Assembly: GCA_050953065.1 (NCBI GenBank)
Contig: JBMNLZ010000003.1
Location: 365,544 to 429,543, forward strand
Reading direction: 5' to 3'
Source of the DNA: Bacilli bacterium
GTDB taxonomy: Bacteria > Bacillota_I > Bacilli_A > ML615J-28 > CAG-698
Length of the DNA stretch: 64,000 nt
A program made the position numbers and the translations under genes. The notes under the pieces were generated by a model. The model was not told the DNA's origin and searched no databases. It was given only the letters and a program-made list of their open reading frames with translations. Positions 9,162 through 22,404 of the stretch are shown piece by piece (positions within the stretch are counted from its first letter, which is position 1; the number at the start of each line of letters is the position of its first letter).

Positions 9162-9821
9162 TTATTCTTGATAAACAGTGTTAAAATAAGAAACTAATAA
9201 TTCTTTAGCATTTTCAAAATCCTCTAATTTTAGCAAATTACTTCTTGCATAATATACCAAACTACTATCAGGATTAGTTTCTTCATCAAAATAAATATAA
9301 CTAAATGTTGGAATAGAAAAATCACTAGCAACAAGCGAATTTCCATTTGGTTTAATTAACGCTTTTGTTAAGTCGTTTAATTCTTCAGCGGTAATTCTAC
9401 TTGCATTTATATAATAAATTGTTTTAATATCATATTCTTCTTTTGCTAAAGTGTTAGCAGCGCCAACATATTCATCGCAAACTTTCTCACTTGGAGATCC
9501 ATAATATAAATGAAATGTTTCTTTTGCAGCGATTTTTTCCTTTATCTTTTCAATTGTTGTATATTCAAAAACATGTTCTGCACTACCTAAAGAAGGATAT
9601 TCTTTAGCAATTGTTCCCTTGCTAGTTGAAGGAGCAAATGTAATTACATTAAAGATTATAATCAAAGCTATTGCCAGTCCTGCTACTGCAAAAATTATTC
9701 CAAAAACTTTTTTTTCTGTTTTTGTCATTGGTTCTCTATTGCCAATCATTTCCTTAGCACCTTGAGTTGGAATATTACTCATTGCAGTTTTTGGTTGTTT
9801 TTTCTTCCTATTTCTAGCCAT
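9162..9821 (-). CDS. membrane-anchored hypothetical protein (single N-terminal TM, extracytoplasmic domain)
   Basis: 219 aa with RBS GGAGGT. A basic N-terminus is followed by the TM segment FGIIFAVAGLAIALIIIFNVI. No family was recognised. It is directly coupled to the ABC exporter genes. Confidence 0.6.
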   Translation of the reverse strand: MARNRKKKQPKTAMSNIPTQGAKEMIGNREPMTKTEKKVFGIIFAVAGLAIALIIIFNVITFAPSTSKGTIAKEYPSLGSAEHVFEYTTIEKIKEKIAAKETFHLYYGSPSEKVCDEYVGAANTLAKEEYDIKTIYYINASRITAEELNDLTKALIKPNGNSLVASDFSIPTFSYIYFDEETNPDSSLVYYARSNLLKLEDFENAKELLVSYFNTVYQE

Positions 9822-9942
9822 TTTATTACCTCCGAAATTTCTATATGAATTATAACATAGTTTTATTTTTTTTACTAGATTTTAATTATATAATCTTTAT
9901 TCTTTAAAAAGAACTCATATCTTATCTAATTTAGGACAAATA

Positions 9943-9974
9943 AAAATCTTCTAACGTACATGTTAGAAGATTTT
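9943..9974 (-). terminator. terminator of the rRNA/tRNA operon (bidirectional hairpin)
   Basis: 13-bp stem AAAATCTTCTAAC/GTTAGAAGATTTT with loop GTACAT and T/A runs on both sides. It lies 15 nt beyond tRNA-Glu. Confidence 0.75.
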
Positions 9975-9988
9975 TAAATTACTAAAAA

Positions 9989-10064
9989 TGGTGACCCGTA
10001 CGGGATTCGAACCCGTGAGTGCATGCGTGAAAGGCATGTGAGTTAACCGTTTCTCCAACGGGCC
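9989..10064 (-). tRNA. tRNA-Glu (anticodon TTC)
   Basis: The reverse complement is GGCCCGTTGG...CATGC CTTTCAC GCATG...GGTTCGAATCC...CACCA. The anticodon loop is CTTTCAC. Confidence 0.95.
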
Positions 10065-10071
10065 AAAAAAA

Positions 10072-10148
10072 TGGCGCCCCCACTAGGACTTGAACCTAGG
10101 ACCCCATGATTAACAGTCATGTGCTCTAACCAACTGAGCTATGGAGGC
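10072..10148 (-). tRNA. tRNA-Asn (anticodon GTT)
   Basis: The reverse complement is GCCTCCATAGCTCAGTTGGTTAGAGC...CATGA CTGTTAA TCATG...GGTTCAAGTCC...GCCA. Confidence 0.95.
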
Positions 10149-10168
10149 ATTTTAATAAAAATAGAAAG

Positions 10169-10287
10169 GAAGTAAGGCAACTTCCTACTTTTGCGGGGAA
10201 GCCCAACTATCATCGGCGTTAAAGTGCTTAACTTCTGTGTTCGAGATGGGAACAGGTGTTTCCACTTTGCTGTTGTCACCATACTTC
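10169..10287 (-). rRNA. rrf: 5S rRNA
   Basis: It contains CCTGTTCCCATCTCGAACACAGAAGTTAAGC...GATGATAGT...GTAGGA. Helix I pairs GAAGTATGGTGAC (5') with GTTGCCTTACTTC (3'). The ends are accurate to within a few nt. Confidence 0.85.
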
Positions 10288-10319
10288 TCTTTCAAAATTG
10301 AATAGTACTTCATCGCTTT

Positions 10320-13186
<2,867 letters not shown>

Positions 13187-13292
13187 ATTCTTTTTATTTA
13201 AACACTAAAATTTTTAAAAAGTGTTCTTACTTTCTTGCGACAAGTACTATTCAATTTTCAAAGATCTATTTTTATTTCTATTATGTTAGAAA

Positions 13293-13369
<77 letters not shown>

Positions 13370-13483
13370 ACAAATTAAATATTTTAGAAAGACAAAGTCT
13401 CTCAAAACTAAATAGAACATGATGGAGTAAAAAATCAAAGAAATTTAAAATAATTTTTGGTTAAAGGTTTAACCTTTCTCCTT

Positions 13484-15018
<1,535 letters not shown>

Positions 15019-15088
15019 AAGTTTATTCCTTACTCCACCTGTTCTATTTAGTTTTCAAAGACCTTATTTTTTTGTTAGAGCATTTATC

Positions 15089-15116
15089 ATTATACCACAT
15101 TCAGGGGTATTGTCAA
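15089..15116 (-). promoter_or_regulatory. rRNA promoter P2
   Basis: Minus strand: TTGACA, 16 nt, TGG-TATAAT (extended -10). Confidence 0.7.
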
Positions 15117-15167
15117 CATTTATTTTACTTTTTTTACTAAATTACCCATTTTTAGGCAACCTTATAC

Positions 15168-15196
15168 ATTATACTACTTTACATTTTCTAAGTCAA
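15168..15196 (-). promoter_or_regulatory. rRNA promoter P1
   Basis: Minus strand: TTGACT, 17 nt, TATAAT, near-perfect consensus. It lies about 80 nt upstream of P2. Confidence 0.7.
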
Positions 15197-15224
15197 TCAA
15201 TTTATTTTTACTCTTAAAAGGGTT

Positions 15225-15260
15225 AAAAAAGGCTTAAAAGTTTACACCTTTAAGCCTTTT
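15225..15260 (-). terminator. terminator after the 877-aa lipoprotein gene
   Basis: GGCTTAAA/TTTAAGCC stem with a 10-nt loop, followed by T6 on the minus strand. It insulates the rRNA promoters. Confidence 0.6.
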
Positions 15261-15305
15261 AAAATGTTTTTTTCTAAAACATTAACTTCTTTTCCAACTT
15301 AAATC

Positions 15306-17939
15306 TTAAGCATATTTTGAAGTAAAGAATAAATGTTCAACTGTAAGAGTTTCATTTCTTAATATGTCATAAACACCTTGACAGATATATCCTCTTTGAA
15401 GCATAAATCCACCAGGTTTAATTTCGTACTCAGTACCATCTCCGTTCATTGGAACTTCAATTGGAGTACAAAGTTTTGATTCTGAATCGAAGTTAAGGAT
15501 AATAGCTTTGTATGCAGCCATATAGTTAAAGCCACTGAAGTAGTCTTTAGTAGGAGTTGTGCTAAGATCTTTTGGAGTATCTACAACCCAAATTGATGCA
15601 TCTGTTGTGTTCTTAACAACTCTACCAAATGATCCAGATAGACCTGTTGATGCTAGATACATCTTATCTGCGCTTTCACCAATTGCTTCGCTACCTGCTC
15701 TAACGTTTGCACTTGTAAGATTTGCATAATTAGTTTTAGCAGAAACTACATAAATTACATACTCAACATCATTTGCTGTAATAGTTGTTTTGAAGATATT
15801 TCCGCTAAAGCCTTGCCATGAACGATCTCCAATGTTCTTTCCACCATCTGCAGCAGGTGTTTTAAAGCCATTTGTAGCAAGCCATTTTTCATAATTAAAT
15901 CCTGCAAGTGAAACATCTGATGTAATAGTTATAGCAACATCACTAGGTTTTTCCGCAATACCAACGTTAACAGTAAAGTTAACAGTTGCAGTGTTTTCAG
16001 AACCTTCTCTTGTTAGAGTTGCAACGATTGATGTTGATTTATACATAAAGTATTGTTTTAATAAATTAAATTCAGCATCAAAGATTGTAGTATCAGCAGG
16101 AGCCCATGTAATATTATAAGTATATTCTTCATGTACAAATGTTGCATCTAAATTAGTAAGTTGATTAACTGCAGTTTTTCCATATGGGAAGTGTTCTGGG
16201 ATACAAGTTGATGAAAGTCCATAATAGTAAGATGCCTTATCTACATCATGTTCAAATGGATTAATTGTAATAGGGAATGCAACATCTTGAGTAAAGTTAT
16301 AAGGATAATCTGCTTGCTTATAATATACAATAGTTGCAGTTAAAGTTATTTCAGTTGCAGTTTCAACCGGAGCAACTAAAGCACCAGTATTACTAATTAT
16401 ATCTGTATTAGATGAAGCCCAAGTAATTGTTGTACCAAATTTTGAATCTTTAATTGGTAGTGTAATTCCACCTTTTGTAGTATAGCCATCTAAGAATTTT
16501 AAATCACCAGCAGGATCATTAACAATATAATCAATTTTTTCTGCTTGAGTATATCCTGCAGCTAAAACTGAGAATTTTCTAATTTGACTTTGACTAGCTC
16601 TTCTTAAAGATACTTCTAATGGAACTAAAACATCATCATTTCCACGTTTATAAACACCAGCGTTAGAAATTGCATTTGCAAGTCCTGAAACCCAAGTCAC
16701 TGTAACACCTTCAAAAGTAAAGCCTGCAAAATCTAGATTTGCTGCTGCTTTGAAGTCTTCATCTAAATAACCTTTTTCTTCTAAGTATGCATCTAATGCA
16801 GCTAGAGCTTCTGCTACAATAACGTCATCAGTTTTTGCAATAACAACTACTTTTACTTCAAAATTAATAACTGTTTCATTAACTGTTACTGTAGTATCAA
16901 TAGTAACAACAACGTTATTAATTCCTTGTTCTGCAACAAACTCTGTAACAACTTCGCTATCTACTTGATATTCAATTGCAGCACCTGTAAATGTAGGTAG
17001 ATCAAAGTTTTCTCTTGTAGAAGCAGGAATATTAGATAAAATATGGTTCTTAGCTTGATAAGCTTTTAATAAATCAGGTTTACCAGCAGCGATAACTGCA
17101 ATTGTAAATGTATAACTTACTTCACCATCAGTAATAGTAATTACAGCCTCACCCTCATTAACACCAGTAACTTTACCTTCTTGATCAACTGTAGCTACTG
17201 TAACATCACTACTACTCCAAGTAAGTCCAGTACCTGTTAAAGAAGATAATAAAGTTGTTGATTCGCTAATAAACACATAAGATGAACCAGTAATACCAGC
17301 TAGACTAACGTCTTTTGCGATAACAATTGAAACATCGAATGTCTTAGATTTTCCACCATAACTTACATTAACTGAAAATGTTTGTTTTAAATCTGTAGGA
17401 GCTGGTTTGTATTTAAATACAGTGCCAACTGGATGGAATGTTCCATCATAAATATATCTAACTAAAACAACACCATCAGCATCAGGTAATACTAAATCTT
17501 CTGTTAGAACTTCAGGCAATAAATTTCTAATTGTTGCTTCAGCTCCATTTAATTTAGCCATTTTTTGAGCATCTGTTTCAATAATAGTAAATTCGATAGT
17601 TTCAACAATTGTTGTTAATTCACTAGAAGTTACAGTAATACTTACTGTCCCCTCACCTACAGCTGTAAGCAACCCTGCAGCAGAAATTGTAGCAACACTT
17701 TCATCACTACTACTCCAAGTAACTGCTTGATTTGCAATAGCTGGAGCAACAGTAGCCGATAACTGTTTTGTTTCGCCAACAATAAGTGAATCTCCACCCT
17801 CATAAATCATCATAACTTCAGTTGGTGTATCATCAAGTGGTTCGTCTTCTCCACCATCATCACCAATCAAGTCGCACCCTACTAGAAATAATCCTAGTAA
17901 AAAGATTACAAAGAACAACGTAAATTTTTTTACATTCAT
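15306..17939 (-). CDS. surface lipoprotein with Big_2 (bacterial Ig-like group 2) domains and a large uncharacterised C-terminal region
   Basis: Lipobox signal MNVKKFTLFFVIFLLGLFLVGC|D. The Big_2 signature (VTWSSSDESVATISAAGLLTAVGEGTVSITV) occurs at least twice. RBS is AGGAGG. No LPXTG or C-terminal TM is present. Confidence 0.85.
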   Translation of the reverse strand: MNVKKFTLFFVIFLLGLFLVGCDLIGDDGGEDEPLDDTPTEVMMIYEGGDSLIVGETKQLSATVAPAIANQAVTWSSSDESVATISAAGLLTAVGEGTVSITVTSSELTTIVETIEFTIIETDAQKMAKLNGAEATIRNLLPEVLTEDLVLPDADGVVLVRYIYDGTFHPVGTVFKYKPAPTDLKQTFSVNVSYGGKSKTFDVSIVIAKDVSLAGITGSSYVFISESTTLLSSLTGTGLTWSSSDVTVATVDQEGKVTGVNEGEAVITITDGEVSYTFTIAVIAAGKPDLLKAYQAKNHILSNIPASTRENFDLPTFTGAAIEYQVDSEVVTEFVAEQGINNVVVTIDTTVTVNETVINFEVKVVVIAKTDDVIVAEALAALDAYLEEKGYLDEDFKAAANLDFAGFTFEGVTVTWVSGLANAISNAGVYKRGNDDVLVPLEVSLRRASQSQIRKFSVLAAGYTQAEKIDYIVNDPAGDLKFLDGYTTKGGITLPIKDSKFGTTITWASSNTDIISNTGALVAPVETATEITLTATIVYYKQADYPYNFTQDVAFPITINPFEHDVDKASYYYGLSSTCIPEHFPYGKTAVNQLTNLDATFVHEEYTYNITWAPADTTIFDAEFNLLKQYFMYKSTSIVATLTREGSENTATVNFTVNVGIAEKPSDVAITITSDVSLAGFNYEKWLATNGFKTPAADGGKNIGDRSWQGFSGNIFKTTITANDVEYVIYVVSAKTNYANLTSANVRAGSEAIGESADKMYLASTGLSGSFGRVVKNTTDASIWVVDTPKDLSTTPTKDYFSGFNYMAAYKAIILNFDSESKLCTPIEVPMNGDGTEYEIKPGGFMLQRGYICQGVYDILRNETLTVEHLFFTSKYA

Positions 17940-17980
17940 TAATTAATTCCTCCTATATTTTTAAGTCTAAACTCAATATT

Positions 17981-18009
17981 ATTTTACTCTTTTTCTAAAG
18001 AAAAGTCAA
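17981..18009 (-). promoter_or_regulatory. promoter of the 877-aa lipoprotein gene
   Basis: Minus strand: TTGACT, 17 nt, TAAAAT. Confidence 0.55.
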
Positions 18010-18051
18010 CAAAATACAGCAATAAAAGATTTTTTATTTAAAATTCATTCC

Positions 18052-18789
18052 TTATCCTTTTAAAAACTCAACTGTTTTTGTTAATAATTCACTTCTTACA
18101 GCAACATTATCATAACCATGGCCAGCATTTTCGATAACAATTAGTTTAGCTCCTTTAATTGCTTTAGCATATTTTTCACCGAAACTAACATTAACCGCTA
18201 AGTCTTCTTTACCATGAACTATTAAACAAGGACATTTGATTTTTTCTAAATTAAGATATGGTGAAAACTTTTTAAAACTTTTAACTAAGTCCTCACTCAT
18301 TTCAAAACCTAAAAAATCTACATTACCGTTTTCTAGTTTCGGATATTTTGAAAAATAATTTTCAACAATTTGAGCAATATTTCCAGCCGGAGACCATAAA
18401 ACTAATTTTTCTAAAATCTCAGGCATCTTGCTGGCCATATATCCAGCTATTGCTCCACCCATACTAAAACCTAACAAAATTATCTTCTTTATATTTTTTA
18501 TCTTAAAAGCATAATCAATTATTAATTTAGCATCTTCTACTAAAGTATCAAATGTAAATTCATGAAATGCTCCATCAGACTCAGCATTACCATAAAAATC
18601 AAATCTTAAAGAAGCAATATTTTCTTTTGCTAGAAGCTCACTAATTGTTCTAAAAATTCTACCATGTTCTGCTTTATGACCAGTAAAACCATGAAACATA
18701 ACAACAATTTTTTTTGAAGTTTCTGGATTATTAAGGTAGCCTCTTAAATAAACATTTTCTTTTTTCTTTAATTCAACATATTTTTGCAT
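18052..18789 (-). CDS. alpha/beta-fold serine hydrolase (esterase/lipase-like)
   Basis: Nucleophile elbow GFSMGG and the HGFTGH oxyanion region, with a C-terminal His (NAGHGY). It is the last gene of the murQ transcription unit. Confidence 0.8.
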   Translation of the reverse strand: MQKYVELKKKENVYLRGYLNNPETSKKIVVMFHGFTGHKAEHGRIFRTISELLAKENIASLRFDFYGNAESDGAFHEFTFDTLVEDAKLIIDYAFKIKNIKKIILLGFSMGGAIAGYMASKMPEILEKLVLWSPAGNIAQIVENYFSKYPKLENGNVDFLGFEMSEDLVKSFKKFSPYLNLEKIKCPCLIVHGKEDLAVNVSFGEKYAKAIKGAKLIVIENAGHGYDNVAVRSELLTKTVEFLKG

Positions 18790-18790
18790 C

Positions 18791-19699
18791 CTATTTTCCT
18801 ACCTCTTTTAAGGCATTCCTTATATGTCCTTTATTATTAGCCAAATGTTTTTTTATTTTTTCTAGATCTTTTATACCGCTTAAACTAGCAAATAAAGCCT
18901 GTTTAACAGTTTTATATTTTATTAAAGCTTGTTTTGCTTCTTCATTAGAAATTCCTAAAGCCATTTCTAAAATACCTTCTGCTCTTTTAACCAATTTTTC
19001 ATTTGACATTTGAACATCTATCATTAAATTTTGATATACTTTCCCCATTTTAATCATTGAAGCAGTTGATAACATATTACAAATCATTTTTTGAGCAGTA
19101 CCTGATTTCATTCTAGTAGACCCTGTAATTGGTTCTTCTCCTGTGATGGCCTCAATTGGATAATCAACAATAGAAGCTAATTTACTATTAAAAGAAGTTA
19201 CAATCGCTCCAGTTGTTGCACCAATACTTTTAGCATATTCAATTGCACTAATTACATAGGGAGTCCTTCCACTAGCAGCAATTCCAACTACTATATCATC
19301 TTTAGTTAAATTAATTTTCTTTAAATCTTCTATTCCTAGAATCAAAGAATCTTCAGCGCCTTCAACTGACTTTACTACAGCCTCAAACCCACCTGCTATT
19401 AAACATTGAATAGTTTCATAACTAACACCAAAAGTAGGCGGGCATTCTGATGCATCTAATACTCCAATCCTGCCACTTGTTCCAGCCCCCATATAGATTA
19501 ATCTTGCATCTTTATAAAAGGCTTCTACAATTTTATCAACTAATGGTGCAATTTGAGGTAAAGCTTTTTCAACTGCATAAGCAATAGTTTTATCTTCATT
19601 ATTAATTTTTCTTAAAATTTCAATTGTACTAACTACATCAATATCAAGTGTATTTGAATTTCTTTGTTCAGTTCCTATTTTTTTTAAATCTACTGCCAT
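18791..19699 (-). CDS. murQ: N-acetylmuramic acid 6-phosphate etherase
   Basis: GAGTSGRIGVLDASECPPTFGV, GIAASGRTPYV and TGSTRMKSGTAQKMICNMLST are near-identical to the conserved blocks of E. coli MurQ. The ATG at 19699 is preceded by GAAAGGAAG; the track start at 19702 is a TTG. Confidence 0.93.
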   Translation of the reverse strand: MAVDLKKIGTEQRNSNTLDIDVVSTIEILRKINNEDKTIAYAVEKALPQIAPLVDKIVEAFYKDARLIYMGAGTSGRIGVLDASECPPTFGVSYETIQCLIAGGFEAVVKSVEGAEDSLILGIEDLKKINLTKDDIVVGIAASGRTPYVISAIEYAKSIGATTGAIVTSFNSKLASIVDYPIEAITGEEPITGSTRMKSGTAQKMICNMLSTASMIKMGKVYQNLMIDVQMSNEKLVKRAEGILEMALGISNEEAKQALIKYKTVKQALFASLSGIKDLEKIKKHLANNKGHIRNALKEVGK

Positions 19700-20819
19700 C
19701 AAAATCTTCCTTTCTTCTAGGACTTGGTGTAATTTGGCCTAAAATTACTTCTTCTTTTGCATTTGTTACTGTAATTAGATTGCTAGGTTTATTATTTATT
19801 GTTTGATAACCTAAAACAACAAAAGCTAACGCTTCTTTAGAATCAGAAATATCTGATTTTAAAACTTCTATTTCCAATTCCTCTTTTAATCTTTTCATAA
19901 TGTAATCATTATGTGAGCCACCTCCACTAACAATTAACTTATTAAATTTTGGAATAAATTTTTTCAAATTATAAACTATTCCAAAAACTGTGGCTTCAGT
20001 TATTGTTTTAACAACATCATTTGGCTTTTCTTTATCTAAAGCATATTTAATAATTAACTCTTCCATAAAAGAAACACTATATTTTTCTCTACCAGTTGAT
20101 TTTGGTGGATTTTTTAAAATAAAATCATCTTCTTTTAAAGCGTTAAATAGTTTTTCTATTATTTTACCACTACTTGCTATTTCACCAGATTTATCATAAT
20201 TTTTATTAAAATATTTTTTTGTGAAATAATCTATCATAATATTGCCAGGTCCACAATCAAAAGCTATAACGTCTTTCCCACAAGCATTTTTTGGTAAATA
20301 TGTAAAGTTACTAATTCCACCAATATTAAGTAAAACCAAATCCTCTTCTTTACTTACATATAACATATATTCAGAAAAAGGTACTAAAGGTGCTCCTTCT
20401 CCACCTGCTGCAACATCCATCACTCTAAAATTTGAAACAGTTTTTATATTAGTTAAATAACTAATAACACTAGCTTCACCTATCTGTAATGTTGATGGAG
20501 TCGCCCCTTTTGGATCATGCCAAATAGTTTGGCCATGACTTGCAACAAACTCAATATCTTTGTAATCAAGAAGAGTCCCTTCTAATACTTTATCGATAGC
20601 TTCTTTAAAGTAATATCCTAGTTCAAAATTTAGACTTGATACTTCATCTAATTTTGCTGTATCTTTATTTAAATTACGCATTAATTTAGCTCTAAATTTA
20701 TCACTATATTCTAAAGTGATAAAATTAATAATTGAAAATTCTTCATTCAAATTAATTTTTACAAGGCAAGCATCAACTCCATCTAAAGAAGTTCCGCTCA
20801 TCAAACCTATGGCATACAT
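19668..20819 (-). CDS. anmK: anhydro-N-acetylmuramic acid kinase
   Basis: GLMSGTSLDGVDACLV, HGQTIWH, AAGGEGAPLVP, LNIGGISN, CGPGNIMID, PKSTGRE, VSGGGSHN: all AnmK blocks are present. The 3' end overlaps murQ by 32 nt. Confidence 0.93.
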   Translation of the reverse strand: MYAIGLMSGTSLDGVDACLVKINLNEEFSIINFITLEYSDKFRAKLMRNLNKDTAKLDEVSSLNFELGYYFKEAIDKVLEGTLLDYKDIEFVASHGQTIWHDPKGATPSTLQIGEASVISYLTNIKTVSNFRVMDVAAGGEGAPLVPFSEYMLYVSKEEDLVLLNIGGISNFTYLPKNACGKDVIAFDCGPGNIMIDYFTKKYFNKNYDKSGEIASSGKIIEKLFNALKEDDFILKNPPKSTGREKYSVSFMEELIIKYALDKEKPNDVVKTITEATVFGIVYNLKKFIPKFNKLIVSGGGSHNDYIMKRLKEELEIEVLKSDISDSKEALAFVVLGYQTINNKPSNLITVTNAKEEVILGQITPSPRRKEDFDGSRFKKNRN

Positions 20820-20834
20820 TTAATTTTCCTCTTT

Positions 20835-22397
20835 TTAAAAAACTTTAACTGGCAAAATTCCTCTAGTGCCAATTTCTTTTTTCAAAAACTTAACTAAAGT
20901 TCTAATAGAATTAGGAGTATATTCATATAAACAAGAATAATTTTTAACATTTCTCATTTCTAGAATATCATATGGATTTCTAAATGATATTACATAAACT
21001 TCCCTTCCCTTTTCTAGAAGAAGATTAACCAGTTTTGCTTGAGACGGAAAACTTTTTACATTATATGTACAAACTAATACCTCACGAGCTGAACTTGCTT
21101 TTTCTGCTAGTTTTTCTATCTCAATATCTGTCATAATTAAAGGCATTTCAAAACATTTAACCTTAGGCAATTCTTGTTTAACTACTTCAACAAGGTTTCT
21201 AGAAGAAAGCCTATCTTCTGCAATCGTAGTTGCAAAAGGTGTTGGAGCAAAAATTACACTATCATCTAACAGTTCAAATGAATTTCCCATCACTTTAGTT
21301 AAAGATTCATCAACTATTCTTTGAGCTACTCTTTTATGATTAAAATTGTCAACCTTTGCTTTTGCGTAATCAAAATCAAAATTATAATAATGCTTATTTA
21401 AAGATTTTATTGCTTCATTCTTAGCATCTAAAATACGCTTAACTTTTGCATCAATTGCATCCATCGGTATTTCATTATTTAAAACTGCTTTTTCTAATAA
21501 TTCTAAAGCTTTAATTTGCTTTGATTCAGTTTGTGAGATACATGCTAAATCAAGTCCTGCTTTAATCCCCATCACTGTTCCTTTTTCAGTTGTATAAATA
21601 TCATCAATTGCTTTCATTTCCATACAATCGCTTACTATTAAACCTTTAAATCCTAACTCTTTTCTAAGCAAGTCTGTTAAGACTTCTTTAGATAAAGTTG
21701 CTGGCATATTATTAACAGTATATTCTTTAAAATCGATATGAGCAGACATTATTGCTTTCACACCACTATCAATTGCAGCTTTAAAAGGCACTAATTCAAC
21801 TTCTTCAATTCGCTTCCTACTGTGAGTAATTCTTGGTAGACCAAGATGAGAATCAACATTTGTATCTCCATGTCCTGGAAAATGTTTTGCAGTTGCAATT
21901 ACACCTTCCTCTTGAATTCCGTTAATAAAAGAAACACCATATTGAGCAACCTTAGTAGGATTATCTCCATAACTTCTAACCCCAATTACAGGATTAGCAG
22001 GGTTATTGTTAACATCTAAAGACGGTGCTAAATTCATATTGATACCAAGGGCTAATAACTCCTCCCCCATAATCCTACCAATCTCATAAGCATCATCAAT
22101 ACAAGTTGCTCCAAGCGTCATATTCCCAGGGCAAAAAGTTGCTCCTTCCATAATTCTAGTAACCATTCCACCTTCTTGATCAATTGTAATCAGAGGGATT
22201 GTATTTGTTGCTTCTTTTACTTCTTTATGAATTCTTTGACATAATTCATATAATTGCTTAATTGATTTAATATTTCTCGCAAACAAAATAACATTAGCTA
22301 CCTTATATTCTCTAATCATTTTCTTTAAATGATCATTAAATTCATAGCCATGAAAACCTATAATTAATAACTGACCTAATTTTTCTTTTAAATTCAT
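20835..22397 (-). CDS. nagZ: GH3 beta-N-acetylhexosaminidase (NagZ-like), cytoplasmic
   Basis: IDQEGGMVTR and KHFPGHGDTNVDSHLGLP are GH3 NagZ motifs. No signal peptide is present. Confidence 0.9.
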   Translation of the reverse strand: MNLKEKLGQLLIIGFHGYEFNDHLKKMIREYKVANVILFARNIKSIKQLYELCQRIHKEVKEATNTIPLITIDQEGGMVTRIMEGATFCPGNMTLGATCIDDAYEIGRIMGEELLALGINMNLAPSLDVNNNPANPVIGVRSYGDNPTKVAQYGVSFINGIQEEGVIATAKHFPGHGDTNVDSHLGLPRITHSRKRIEEVELVPFKAAIDSGVKAIMSAHIDFKEYTVNNMPATLSKEVLTDLLRKELGFKGLIVSDCMEMKAIDDIYTTEKGTVMGIKAGLDLACISQTESKQIKALELLEKAVLNNEIPMDAIDAKVKRILDAKNEAIKSLNKHYYNFDFDYAKAKVDNFNHKRVAQRIVDESLTKVMGNSFELLDDSVIFAPTPFATTIAEDRLSSRNLVEVVKQELPKVKCFEMPLIMTDIEIEKLAEKASSAREVLVCTYNVKSFPSQAKLVNLLLEKGREVYVISFRNPYDILEMRNVKNYSCLYEYTPNSIRTLVKFLKKEIGTRGILPVKVF

Positions 22398-22404
22398 AAC
22401 TCAC

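Noticed and set aside
9822-9942. Promoter for the 9162-9821/ABC exporter operon.
   Set aside because: Several TATAAT-like hexamers occur in this AT-rich spacer, but none has a convincing -35 at 16-18 nt. I left it uncalled.
10168-10185. Hairpin GGAAGTAAGGCAACTTCC that looked like a terminator after the 5S rRNA.
   Set aside because: The 3' strand GTTGCCTTACTTC pairs over 13 bp with the 5' end of the 5S (GAAGTATGGTGAC). It is therefore helix I of the 5S rRNA itself. The operon terminator is at 9943-9974.
19668-19699. The 32-nt anmK/murQ overlap as a possible programmed frameshift or fusion.
   Set aside because: Both proteins are complete on their own: AnmK motifs end before the overlap, and the MurQ start has a GAAAGGAAG RBS. 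A simple overlap with translational coupling is sufficient.
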